DNA of 64,000 bases, taken from Salinispira sp. GTDB taxonomy: Bacteria; Spirochaetota; Spirochaetia; DSM-27196; Salinispiraceae. The stretch lies in contig OZ271918.1 of the NCBI GenBank assembly GCA_965602015.1, forward strand, positions 1,760,001 to 1,824,000. Direction: 5' to 3'. Each line of letters starts with the position of its first letter. Position 1 is the first letter of the stretch. The notes beneath the pieces were generated by a model. It had not been told where the DNA came from. It did no database searches and worked only from the letters and a program-made list of their open reading frames with translations. The position numbers and the translations under genes were made by a program. Below are positions 19,271-31,056 of the stretch, one piece after another.

Positions 19271-19642
19271 ATGGATTTTACCCAAGGCTCATCGATTTAT
19301 GAGCAGATAATGGAGCATGTACAGGTGTACGTAATAAGCGGCAAGTGGAATGGCGGAGACCGGGTTCCCTCGGTCCGCGATATGGCGGTGAGGCTCGGGG
19401 TGAACCCCAACACCGTCCAGCGGTCATACGCCCTGCTGCAGGATGAGGGGATTCTGGAAAACCGGCGGGGAATCGGCTACTTCATTGCCGACGCAGCTGA
19501 TCAAAAATCCCGAACACGGATGAAGGACGAGTTCATAAGCAGCGTCCTGCCCTGGCTCAAAAAACGCCTCGATCTGCTTGAAATAAGCAGCGAGGAACTC
19601 GGGGCTATGCTCGATGATTACAAAGCTCAACAAGGAGAATGA
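19271..19642 (+). CDS. GntR family regulator, YtrA subfamily
   Basis: IYEQI, PSVRDMA..LGVNPNTVQRSY, RRGIGYF; 123 aa; lies in an ABC operon. Confidence 0.92.
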   Translation: MDFTQGSSIYEQIMEHVQVYVISGKWNGGDRVPSVRDMAVRLGVNPNTVQRSYALLQDEGILENRRGIGYFIADAADQKSRTRMKDEFISSVLPWLKKRLDLLEISSEELGAMLDDYKAQQGE

Positions 19643-19644
19643 GA

Positions 19645-19752
19645 ATGAAAAAATGGACAAATACAATTTTAGCCGGCTTGTTTGTCGCGGCGTTTGTGGT
19701 TTCGACTATTGTGATGATTATTGTCCGCACTCGGTTGGACGCGGCGCTGTAA
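19645..19752 (+). CDS. Small (35 aa) single-TM protein, not in the ORF track
   Basis: AAGGAG RBS inside the gntR 3' end; MKKWTNTILAGLFVAAFVVSTIVMIIVRTRLDAAL*; lies before the terminator. Confidence 0.62.
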   Translation: MKKWTNTILAGLFVAAFVVSTIVMIIVRTRLDAAL

Positions 19753-19786
19753 GGCCAGTAGTAAAACCGCCCTTCGGATATTAGAT

Positions 19787-19821
19787 GGCGGGATGTCCTC
19801 TCGGACATCCCGCCGTTTATT
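19787..19821. terminator. Intrinsic terminator hairpin between the ABC operon and convergent katG
   Basis: GGCGGGATGTCC-tctc-GGACATCCCGCC followed by GTTTATT. Confidence 0.75.
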
Positions 19822-19848
19822 GTGTGGGGGCAGACACTTAACCGGTTT

Positions 19849-22643
<2,795 letters not shown>

Positions 22644-22808
22644 TGGGAGCTCCTAAACCTGATAGTAATACTAAACGATAATCAGAAATAGTACCAATTG
22701 ATTCTAACTCTTGGTGCATAGAGAAAATCTATAGTCTACCCGTTCTAACGCGGTCCTGGACGCCGCCGGTCTCTGCCGTGGGGCAGGCTTGCCGGTTGCG
22801 GCGGCAGA

Positions 22809-24761
22809 TCAGTCGGAAACGATCAGGTAACCGTAACCGGGTATCGCTGCCTGCGCCGTGGTCTCGTTTTCCCGAGTTGTGCCCAACTCCCCATCTCCCG
22901 CAAGCACTTCGCCGGCTTCAAGCCGACCGCTCCATGTGGACCCGGAAAAATTCACATATACCCGCAGACTTTGGGCATCTCCTCCCCTGCGGTAATATCG
23001 GCGAAAGGCATACACGCTCGGGTCGGGATTAGGGATATCCGAAAAGCCGCCGTATCGCAGGGCCGGAGTTGAATTTCGCAGGCGTATCAATCGGCGGTAA
23101 TGCTCCAGCATTGAGTTTTCGTTACCAATTTGGGATGCCACGTTCACCACCGTCCAGTCCGGACTAAGCGCCCGGTAGGGAACCACATCGCTAAATCCCC
23201 CATGGGGAGCGTCGGACCATTGCATCGGGCTTCTCAGTGAATAGTCACGCTGGAGTGAATTTTGACTGGTCATGCCGATCTCCTCGCCGTAATACACAAA
23301 GGGCACTCCCGGGATGGTCAGCAGCACCGCAGCAGCGCTTCGGGCCTTTCCCCGATTCCCCGCAAATCGATGAACCGGACGAAGCCCAGCAAACAGATCG
23401 TGGTTACTGAGAAACGGCGCGAGCACCGAGCCCCTGGTCCCCGAAGGATCCAGGCCGTCAAGCTGCATAAGCGCGGTCAGCATCCGCGAAGTCTCTTCGG
23501 CGTTTCCCCGGTCTATCATATCCAGCAAAAAGTGATTGGCACCGAAGGCAAAGCCCGAATGAAACTGGCGCTCATTGATGTATGCCGGATCCTGGTTTTC
23601 GCAGATGAGGAAGATATTGTCGTATTGATCAGCAATCTCCCGGTATCGGGCATAGTAGCGGTGGTTATCGCTCTGATAGCCCACATTACCCGGTCCGTTT
23701 TCGATAAGATGGTGAACCGCGTCGAAGCGGAATCCGTCCACTCCGGCATTGAGCCAGAACCGGAACACGTCCTGAAGATAATGTTCAACCGATGGATTAC
23801 GGTAGTTCCAGTCCGGCATACCTGACCAGAACGAACCGAAGTAATAGCCGTCCCCCCGCCGATGCCAGGCATCCTCGGCTGCATCAGGCGCCGACCATTT
23901 CCCCGGGTAGCTGTGTTCCCAGACAAACCAGTCGCGGTATGGAGAATGGGGGCCCCGGGCCGAATCGACAAAAAACGGGTGGCTGTCCGAGCAGTGATTA
24001 ACCACAAAATCAAGTATCACCCCCATACCTAGATTGTGGGCCGAGTCTACAAGCTCAAAAAAGTCATCGAAATTTCCGTAATCATCTTCGATATCAAAGT
24101 AGTCGATGGTGGCATATCCGTGGTCGTTGTCCGATGATTCAAGAATGGGCAGCATCCAAATGCCGCCGATTCCCAACTCCTTGAGATACGGCAGCCGCTC
24201 AATCAATCCCCTGAGGTCCCCGTGGCCGTCGCCGTCGGAGTCTGAAAAACTGCGGACAAAAACCTGATAAAACACTGCGCCGCGCCACCAATCGGCTGGC
24301 AGGACGGACTCCCGAGCCTCCACGGCCACCTGGGGTTCATAGCTTCGCTGCGCCCAGCCGCTGATGGCGCTTGGCCGGTACAGGGCAACCCGGCCGTCCT
24401 CATTATGAGAGACTATATTAACGTAACTGAGGCGGTCCGGCGGCAGCTGTCCTGAAAGCGAAATGCGGCTGGCAGCGAAGCTGTCGCCCCATTTCTCCGC
24501 CCCGAGCCAAAACTCCAGGGCATCGGCCGGACCGGGCAGCGGCCCCGGGCTTATCATCGCCTGATGTGTCCATCCTCTTCCCGCCGGAGGGGTAAAGAGC
24601 AGGGAGACTGCTTCGCGGTTTTTTTCCGTCACTATAATAAAATTATCGCGAAGCGGTTCAACAATGACAGCCGGCGGGGAGCTGACGCAAGATGAAACAA
24701 GCAACCCGGCCCAAAGAACGACGACGAAGAGGTTTCCAGTGCTTTTCATGTACGTCTCCAT
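22809..24761 (-). CDS. GH13 alpha-amylase/alpha-glucosidase family lipoprotein
   Basis: Lipobox VSSC; FYQVFVRSF.DSDGDG.GD, DFVVNH, GFRFDAVHH, LSNHD; alternative start at 24749. Confidence 0.9.
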   Translation of the reverse strand: METYMKSTGNLFVVVLWAGLLVSSCVSSPPAVIVEPLRDNFIIVTEKNREAVSLLFTPPAGRGWTHQAMISPGPLPGPADALEFWLGAEKWGDSFAASRISLSGQLPPDRLSYVNIVSHNEDGRVALYRPSAISGWAQRSYEPQVAVEARESVLPADWWRGAVFYQVFVRSFSDSDGDGHGDLRGLIERLPYLKELGIGGIWMLPILESSDNDHGYATIDYFDIEDDYGNFDDFFELVDSAHNLGMGVILDFVVNHCSDSHPFFVDSARGPHSPYRDWFVWEHSYPGKWSAPDAAEDAWHRRGDGYYFGSFWSGMPDWNYRNPSVEHYLQDVFRFWLNAGVDGFRFDAVHHLIENGPGNVGYQSDNHRYYARYREIADQYDNIFLICENQDPAYINERQFHSGFAFGANHFLLDMIDRGNAEETSRMLTALMQLDGLDPSGTRGSVLAPFLSNHDLFAGLRPVHRFAGNRGKARSAAAVLLTIPGVPFVYYGEEIGMTSQNSLQRDYSLRSPMQWSDAPHGGFSDVVPYRALSPDWTVVNVASQIGNENSMLEHYRRLIRLRNSTPALRYGGFSDIPNPDPSVYAFRRYYRRGGDAQSLRVYVNFSGSTWSGRLEAGEVLAGDGELGTTRENETTAQAAIPGYGYLIVSD

Positions 24762-24799
24762 TGACAGAATAGCAATTTGTAGTACAATCCATACTACAA
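24761..24799. promoter_or_regulatory. Overlapping divergent promoters with a putative TrmB operator
   Basis: Plus strand TTGACA(24761)-N16-TACAAT(24783); minus strand TGcTATTCT; perfect inverted repeat TTGTAGTA-N7-TACTACAA at 24777-24799. Confidence 0.7.
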
Positions 24800-24820
24800 T
24801 CGGTTTTGGGAGCGGTCAAG

Positions 24821-25621
24821 GTGCAAAAAATAATTGAACAGCTGCAAGCCCTCGGATTTTCCCGGATTGAGGCGCAGGTCTATTGCGATCTTGTGGTCCA
24901 TGGTAAATCAAACGGTTCGCAGCTGGCAAAAAAGATTAATATTGCCCGCTCGAGCGTGTACTCTGCTCTGGATCAGCTATACGCCAGGGGAATAGTGGAA
25001 CAGACGCCGGGGGAAACCCGGGAGTTTATTGCCCGCAACCCCGCGGAGCTCTTCCCGGCATTGGGAAGAAGACTACAGGAAACCGCAGGGCACATAGGCG
25101 AAAGCCTTGCCGCCCTTCACCGCCCGCCCGAGGAATCCCTTTTTATCAATATGAGCTCCCCGGAGGCCATGGAAGAACGGATAGGAGACATAATCCGCAA
25201 TAGCCAAAATGAATTGTACATCAACTGCGCAGGCAGTTTCTCCCGCTTCTATCCCGAATTACGGGATGCAGCGCATAGGGGCGTGGGCATTTGGATTTTT
25301 ACCTTTGATTCCCTGCCTGAGGCCGATTTCCCCTGCCGCATCTACGACAGGCCGCTACCGGACCCATGCATTGTCAGGCGGGTCATGCTTGTGGCCGATA
25401 TGAAACGGGGCCTGTTGGCCAGCGGTCCCCGGGGAGGCGAACTTTCGGGCACCTACTCGGAGAATCCCCTCTTCGTTTCGGTTTTGGCCGAGCATATTCA
25501 CCACGATATTTATCTTTACCGATTGCGCGAGCAATACCAGACTGACGTCGTCACACCGGGCATCCTGTTGGGAAGCCGGCTTGAACGGCGCGAGAAAGGA
25601 GAGAACTGTTATGAACAGTGA
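24821..25621 (+). CDS. TrmB family sugar-responsive transcriptional regulator
   Basis: LQALGFSRIEAQVY..L, IARSSVYSALDQL wHTH; GTG start after GGGAG. Confidence 0.88.
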   Translation: MQKIIEQLQALGFSRIEAQVYCDLVVHGKSNGSQLAKKINIARSSVYSALDQLYARGIVEQTPGETREFIARNPAELFPALGRRLQETAGHIGESLAALHRPPEESLFINMSSPEAMEERIGDIIRNSQNELYINCAGSFSRFYPELRDAAHRGVGIWIFTFDSLPEADFPCRIYDRPLPDPCIVRRVMLVADMKRGLLASGPRGGELSGTYSENPLFVSVLAEHIHHDIYLYRLREQYQTDVVTPGILLGSRLERREKGENCYEQ

Positions 25622-27473
25622 GTTTTACCAAGGCGTCGGACAACATCGGCGCGGCATGTTTTTACAGGTTGCAGGGGGGGTATTCCTGGTCCTGATAATG
25701 GCGGTCAGCGGCTGCGCAAGCCTGCCCGACCCCCTCCCCCTGAGCTACGGCGAAACAACGCCTTCCATACCCGCCGAGGTTCCCCGGTTCAGCTGGGACA
25801 ACGCCACCGTGTATTTTGTCATAACCGACCGTTTTTACAACGGGGATCCGAGCAATGACTTCAGCTACGGCAGATTCCAGGACGGCGACCAGGAAATCGG
25901 CACCTTCAACGGCGGCGATCTGGCGGGGCTGACCAAGAAGCTCAATGAGGGGTATTTCACCGAGTTGGGCGTGGATGCCATCTGGATTACGTCCCCCCTT
26001 GAGCAAATCCATGGCTGGGTCGGAGGCGGCAACGGTTCGTTCGCCCATTTCGCCTACCACGGGTATTACCACAAGGATTTCACGCAGATCGATGCCAACA
26101 TGGGAAGCGAAGAGGATTTCGCCGAGTTCGTCGATACGGCTCACAGCCGGGGAATCCGCGTAGTCCTTGACGTGGTGCTCAATCACCCGGGTTACAACAG
26201 CGTCCGGGATATGATTGAGTTTGATTTCGGCGGATGGAAGGGCGATCCCCTTCCTGCGGATTGGGTGCCCCAAAACGGCAACTGGCACAGCCATCACGAT
26301 TTTATCGACTACTCCGGCAGCGTTGACCAGTGGGCACGATGGTGGGGACCTCAGTGGATACGGGCCGGACTTCCGGGCTACACCCCGGCGGGCAGCGACG
26401 ACCTGACAAACAGCGTCGGTCTTCTGCCGGATTTTAGGACCGAGTCCAGCACAGCGGTCGACCTTCCGGTCTTCCTGTTGGAAAAAGCCGCGGCGGGAAA
26501 CAGCGGTGTTGAGCCGATTGAGGGTTTCACTGTTCGGGACTACCTCATCCACTGGCTCGTCGAGTGGGTAGAAAAATATGGAATCGACGGTTTCCGGGCC
26601 GACACTGCCAAGCATGTGGAGCTGGATGCCTGGAATGAACTCAAAACAGAAGCCCAGGCTGCGTTTGACCGGTGGAAGGCCGCTAATCCCGACAAGGTTA
26701 TCGATGACACTGATTTCTGGATGACCGGGGAGGTTTTCAGCCAGGGCGTTAACCGCAACAGCTATTTCGACAACGGTTTTGACTCGCTGATCAATTTTGA
26801 GTTTCAGATGGCCGCAGACCGGGCGATAGACACCAACGGCGTCATTGACGGCGAAATGCTCGACCCGCTCTATACTCGTTATGCGGAAAGCATCAACAGC
26901 GACCCCGGGTTTAATATGCTCTCGTACATCAGCAGCCACGATACGGTTCTGTTCAACGATACGACGGTGAGCAATAACGGCTACCGGGTCAACGGTAGAG
27001 CCACATCCGCCGAACGGCAGAAGGCTGCGGGGACGGTGTTGCTCATGGCGCCCGGGGCGGTTCAGATCTTCTACGGCGATGAAATCGGCCGTAAATACGG
27101 CCGCTACCTGGTCGGCGACGCGGGCCAGGGCACCCGGACTCCAATGGATTGGGATGCCATCGACGAGGAAATCCTCGAGCACTGGCAAAAGCTCGGTCAG
27201 TTCCGCAACCGGCATATCGCCGTCGGCGCAGGGGTACACCAGGCTATTGAGGTAAGAAACGCCGGGTATGCCTTCGCCCGCAGCTGGTACGGCCTTGACT
27301 CGGTCGTGGTGGTCACCGGAGCCCAGGGTCCTTTGCGGGTTCCCGTGGGTCAGATCTGGGCGGACGGAACGGTCCTCCGGGACTTTTACTCTGGTGAAAC
27401 AGCTGTGGTTGAAAACAGCCAGGTATCATTCACGGCAGCTAGCGGAACTCTGCTTATTGAGACCGGGGAATAA
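25611..27473 (+). CDS. GH13 alpha-amylase (MalS-like) lipoprotein
   Basis: WDNATVYFVITDRFYNGD, YHGYY, DVVLNH, GFRADTAKH, GEVF, SSHD; lipobox VSGC. Confidence 0.92.
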   Translation: MNSEFYQGVGQHRRGMFLQVAGGVFLVLIMAVSGCASLPDPLPLSYGETTPSIPAEVPRFSWDNATVYFVITDRFYNGDPSNDFSYGRFQDGDQEIGTFNGGDLAGLTKKLNEGYFTELGVDAIWITSPLEQIHGWVGGGNGSFAHFAYHGYYHKDFTQIDANMGSEEDFAEFVDTAHSRGIRVVLDVVLNHPGYNSVRDMIEFDFGGWKGDPLPADWVPQNGNWHSHHDFIDYSGSVDQWARWWGPQWIRAGLPGYTPAGSDDLTNSVGLLPDFRTESSTAVDLPVFLLEKAAAGNSGVEPIEGFTVRDYLIHWLVEWVEKYGIDGFRADTAKHVELDAWNELKTEAQAAFDRWKAANPDKVIDDTDFWMTGEVFSQGVNRNSYFDNGFDSLINFEFQMAADRAIDTNGVIDGEMLDPLYTRYAESINSDPGFNMLSYISSHDTVLFNDTTVSNNGYRVNGRATSAERQKAAGTVLLMAPGAVQIFYGDEIGRKYGRYLVGDAGQGTRTPMDWDAIDEEILEHWQKLGQFRNRHIAVGAGVHQAIEVRNAGYAFARSWYGLDSVVVVTGAQGPLRVPVGQIWADGTVLRDFYSGETAVVENSQVSFTAASGTLLIETGE

Positions 27474-27501
27474 CAAGCTACTATCCGTATAGCCAGGTAT
27501 T

Positions 27502-27536
27502 ACCGGAGCCCGAAGCTGGGCTCCGGTTTTTTTTTT
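27502..27536 (+). terminator. Intrinsic terminator
   Basis: ACCGGAGCCC-gaagct-GGGCTCCGGT plus a T run. Confidence 0.9.
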
Positions 27537-27595
27537 GATTCTTGCCCTGAATGGTTTGTTGAATTATTATTCAATTAAGATTCAGGAGGCATCAG

Positions 27596-28315
27596 GTGAG
27601 CAAAGCGACCCGTGACAAGGCTGTGGATTCGGATTTCGAGACCGAAGGACTGCCGCAGGAGTACGCGCCCAGTGAAATCCGCTACAGCGCCGGAGGCGCA
27701 GTGGAAGAAATCCTCAACAGCATTTCCCATTCGATTGGAGCGGGCATGGCAATTGCCGGGCTTGTGGTTCTCATCCTCCTGACCGCGGAAAATCCCGATC
27801 CATGGAAATACCTGGGCTTCAGCGTCTACGGGGCAACCCAAATACTGCTGTACCTGTCTTCAGCCCTGTTGCACGGCTTTGCGCCCTACCCCCGAGTGAG
27901 AACCTATCTGGCCAGACTTGATCATGCGGCGATATACCTGCTGATTGCCGGAACCTATACCCCCCTCTCGCTTATCATTCTGAGGGGAACTCAGGGATGG
28001 CTGATGTTCGCCATCGTGTGGGCTTTGGCGCTTTTCGGAATCATTATGAAAGTTTGGATCCTGAAGAAGCCCACGGTGTACATTGACGCCCTGTATTTAC
28101 CCATGGGTTGGCTGATTCTGCTGTTCGGCAGGGCCTTTCTGCAGGCTGCTCCTGCAGGATTCATACTGTGGGCGGTCATCGGCGGAGTGAGCTACAGCCT
28201 GGGCTTTATCTTCTATGCCTGGCAGAGGCTGAAATTCAGCCATCTGATTTGGCATATGTTCGTGCTCGCCGGAAGCATTTCCTTTTATTTGGGCTACTCG
28301 ATTTTTGTAACCTGA
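27596..28315 (+). CDS. Hemolysin III / PAQR (TrhA-like) membrane protein, second paralogue
   Basis: EEILNSISH, SSALLH, LDHAAIYLLIAGTYTP, HLIWHMFV. Confidence 0.92.
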   Translation: MSKATRDKAVDSDFETEGLPQEYAPSEIRYSAGGAVEEILNSISHSIGAGMAIAGLVVLILLTAENPDPWKYLGFSVYGATQILLYLSSALLHGFAPYPRVRTYLARLDHAAIYLLIAGTYTPLSLIILRGTQGWLMFAIVWALALFGIIMKVWILKKPTVYIDALYLPMGWLILLFGRAFLQAAPAGFILWAVIGGVSYSLGFIFYAWQRLKFSHLIWHMFVLAGSISFYLGYSIFVT

Positions 28316-28316
28316 G

Positions 28317-29240
28317 CTATTGGACCCGATAGCTCAAGGACAACCAGGGTATGGGGATTTCCAGGAGCTGGGGTCCGAACTCGTCAAAGGTAATCACCGT
28401 GAGCGCTCCAATATCCCAGCTGAAGCGGTTACCCACAATGCGGAATCCTAGCCCCACTATACCCGCACCGCTGTTCCAGCGGCCCTCATTGCTTCCCAGG
28501 AAGAACCAGTTCTCATTGATAAACGCCAAGGTCGAGGTAATGACCCGCTTTCCGCCCAGAGTTGCGGCGACTCCCTGTATACCGATGCTCCTGTCGGGGA
28601 AACCGATAATGACGCCGGTTCCGCCGGTGATGTTATTATCCTCGCTGCCTCCGGATGCCAGGGCATACGGCATTATCGCCGGGCTGAGATCATCAAAAAA
28701 ATCACCGGTCCAGTCGAAAATAAACAGCCCGCCGGCGGATACCGCAAACTGTGAGCCCACAGGCTGGGAAAACCGCCCGCTGATCATACCGGCGAACGGC
28801 GACACCGCACCCCATAGCGACATTCTGTCGCTGAGTCCGTAGCTCGATGTGATGACAATTATTTCCTGGGCGGCAACGTGGAAATCGCCGGCACCCATGG
28901 GGAAGGCCGTCGGCAGGAAGAGGAGCCGGTTGGAGACCGAATCCTGATAGAACTGTCTAGGGTCGCTTTCTTCGAGTATTACCGTCATGGTTTCGACCAT
29001 TTCGCTATTGATTAGAAGGTATTGGCCGTCGGGACTCAGGAGCTCCAAGCGCTCCCCAGTCGCCATGGTAAGGGTACCCTGAAAGCTCGCCCCGGATTCG
29101 GTTTCTACCCGTACCGGTTTGCCGAGATATTCTGTATACAGGTCCGCACTTCGGCCATTGGAAATTATCAGGTCCTCCCCGCTGACCGGGATTAGAAAAA
29201 ACGACAGCAATACTACACAGAGAATAATTCGACGTTTCAT
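28317..29240 (-). CDS. Hypothetical exported protein, possible outer-membrane beta-barrel
   Basis: Signal peptide; RLLFLPTA; alternating hydrophobic strands; C-terminal PWLSLSYRVQ. Confidence 0.62.
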   Translation of the reverse strand: MKRRIILCVVLLSFFLIPVSGEDLIISNGRSADLYTEYLGKPVRVETESGASFQGTLTMATGERLELLSPDGQYLLINSEMVETMTVILEESDPRQFYQDSVSNRLLFLPTAFPMGAGDFHVAAQEIIVITSSYGLSDRMSLWGAVSPFAGMISGRFSQPVGSQFAVSAGGLFIFDWTGDFFDDLSPAIMPYALASGGSEDNNITGGTGVIIGFPDRSIGIQGVAATLGGKRVITSTLAFINENWFFLGSNEGRWNSGAGIVGLGFRIVGNRFSWDIGALTVITFDEFGPQLLEIPIPWLSLSYRVQ

Positions 29241-29354
29241 GGCATCTCCTATCAGCCCGCTTATGTACTATATACCTGTACAAAAAAAGGAGCTACTGCG
29301 GTAAGAGCATTATTACGCAAGTAAAAATCGCTCCGCGGCATTACAATAGAAGGT

Positions 29355-30251
29355 ATGAATCCATCTGCCACACGCACCCTGACTGCCGTCGCTTATTTGA
29401 TAAGTTTCGCCTTCTTTTTTCCGGCCCCGGCCTTTCCGGAGGTGTTTGCGCCGCCTTTGTTTGATCTTTCCCCGCGGCATGAGAGCGGGCAATACTTTTT
29501 CCTGTCGTTAGATAAGTATATTACCCAACTCGAGGCGCAGCTTCCTGCAGAGAGCGCCGGGGATTCCCAATCGCCGCCTGGGGAAGCTGAGTATTCATGG
29601 TTGTATAATGTGGGCGGAGAACTGGAACTATTTTCCGGAAATCTTGCCCTTGACGGACCTGAACTGGTCTTCGACCTGCGGGCGTGGCTGGCATTCCTCA
29701 GCTCGCAGTCGCCTTTGGGCTACTGGAACTTTTTGGCGTCGGCATTCCATTCGGAGCTCCGGCCCAGGCTCGGCATTCACTTTAAGAATAAGAGCGTATT
29801 GTCGACATACTTCCGCCATTCATGTAAGCACGATCTTGATCAGTTCCGCAGGCTTGTCATTTATCAGCATATCGGCATGGGCCTTGAAATGCCGATTGTG
29901 GCAGCTGACCGCAGACTGCTGCCCCGTATGACCGCGGGGTTTGATATTGAGTATCGCCTGCCGGCAATCCTCCCTGATCAGCCCGAGGTCCCGGGGTTGC
30001 TGCCTCTGCGAATAGCCGGCGAAGCAGAGCTGCTGCGCTTTTCGGATGTAACCGGGCTGTGGGCCAGGGTCTATGGGTATTTCCCGGGCTTTGCCGTTCC
30101 GGATTACGCCCTTAGTCTGGGCTACCGCTGGGGCAAGTGGAGTGTGTACGCCAGCGTTGAGCGAATCAGCGACCCGCTCATCAGCTTCGAAAATCCCGGA
30201 CTCCGCATCATTTCACTGGGGATCCATCTCGATGGAATGCCGGGACGGTAA
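29355..30251 (+). CDS. Hypothetical exported protein, possible beta-barrel
   Basis: Signal peptide (PAFP); aromatic alternating strands; H.C.HDLD motif. Confidence 0.58.
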   Translation: MNPSATRTLTAVAYLISFAFFFPAPAFPEVFAPPLFDLSPRHESGQYFFLSLDKYITQLEAQLPAESAGDSQSPPGEAEYSWLYNVGGELELFSGNLALDGPELVFDLRAWLAFLSSQSPLGYWNFLASAFHSELRPRLGIHFKNKSVLSTYFRHSCKHDLDQFRRLVIYQHIGMGLEMPIVAADRRLLPRMTAGFDIEYRLPAILPDQPEVPGLLPLRIAGEAELLRFSDVTGLWARVYGYFPGFAVPDYALSLGYRWGKWSVYASVERISDPLISFENPGLRIISLGIHLDGMPGR

Positions 30252-30339
30252 TGCTGTATTCGCCCTGATGCTCAAACGCCGGCGGACCGGCCTTTTGAAA
30301 CGCGGTCCCGGTCCCATGGCGCCGGGCGACAGTTCGGTG

Positions 30340-30864
30340 CTATTCGCTCAGGCGCTGGATGAGTAACCGATTATAATCCGGAATATCCTCCACCACCCTT
30401 CCCCATACGATGTTCCCGTCAATAAGCGCCGCTTCATCAACCCATTGGGCTCCCGCATGAATCATATCGTCCTTAATGCCGAGAGAGCCGGTCGCCTTGC
30501 GCCCTTTGACTATGCCCGCGCTTGCTGCCGACCATCCGGCGTGACAGATAAAACCCAGGACCTTTCCCTGAGAGTCAAGCTCTTGAATAAGGCTTTTATA
30601 TTCTTCCACCCGCCTGAGCTTGTCGGGTGCCCATCCGCCGGGAACCAGAAGCGCATCAAGCTGGTCTGCGCTAAAATCCCCCGGACCAAACTCGGCTTCA
30701 GCCGTCATACCCCCGTGTTTGCCCTGATACACATCGCCGGCAGCCAGTCCCATAACCTTGATGTCCGCTCCCTCTTCTTTTACCCGCATGTAGACCGCCC
30801 AGAACTCGAGCTCTTCGAAGCCGGGTCCCACAAGCATGCCGACGGTTTTTCCGCGTAATTTCAT
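30340..30864 (-). CDS. DJ-1/PfpI family protein (type 1 GATase-like)
   Basis: GFEELE, VPGGWAPDKLR, ICHAGW nucleophile elbow. Confidence 0.92.
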   Translation of the reverse strand: MKLRGKTVGMLVGPGFEELEFWAVYMRVKEEGADIKVMGLAAGDVYQGKHGGMTAEAEFGPGDFSADQLDALLVPGGWAPDKLRRVEEYKSLIQELDSQGKVLGFICHAGWSAASAGIVKGRKATGSLGIKDDMIHAGAQWVDEAALIDGNIVWGRVVEDIPDYNRLLIQRLSE

Positions 30865-31056
30865 CGTATTGCCTCCTGAATGGGGTTCTGGTTAGAACAT
30901 ACGAAGGATTACCGTTGGTGTCATGGATTTTTACGGAAACTGGGAGAGACATCAGAATCGGGGCAGCTGGAATACATCAATCTCCGGTCCGGGTAATCCC
31001 TGGGACCGGAGAAATGAACAATCTATCTTGGTACAAATCAACGGATTTTACGCCGG

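Noticed and set aside
25662..27239. 525-aa minus-strand ORF
   Set aside because: Antisense shadow of the GH13 amylase; no motifs; typical of GC-biased codon usage.
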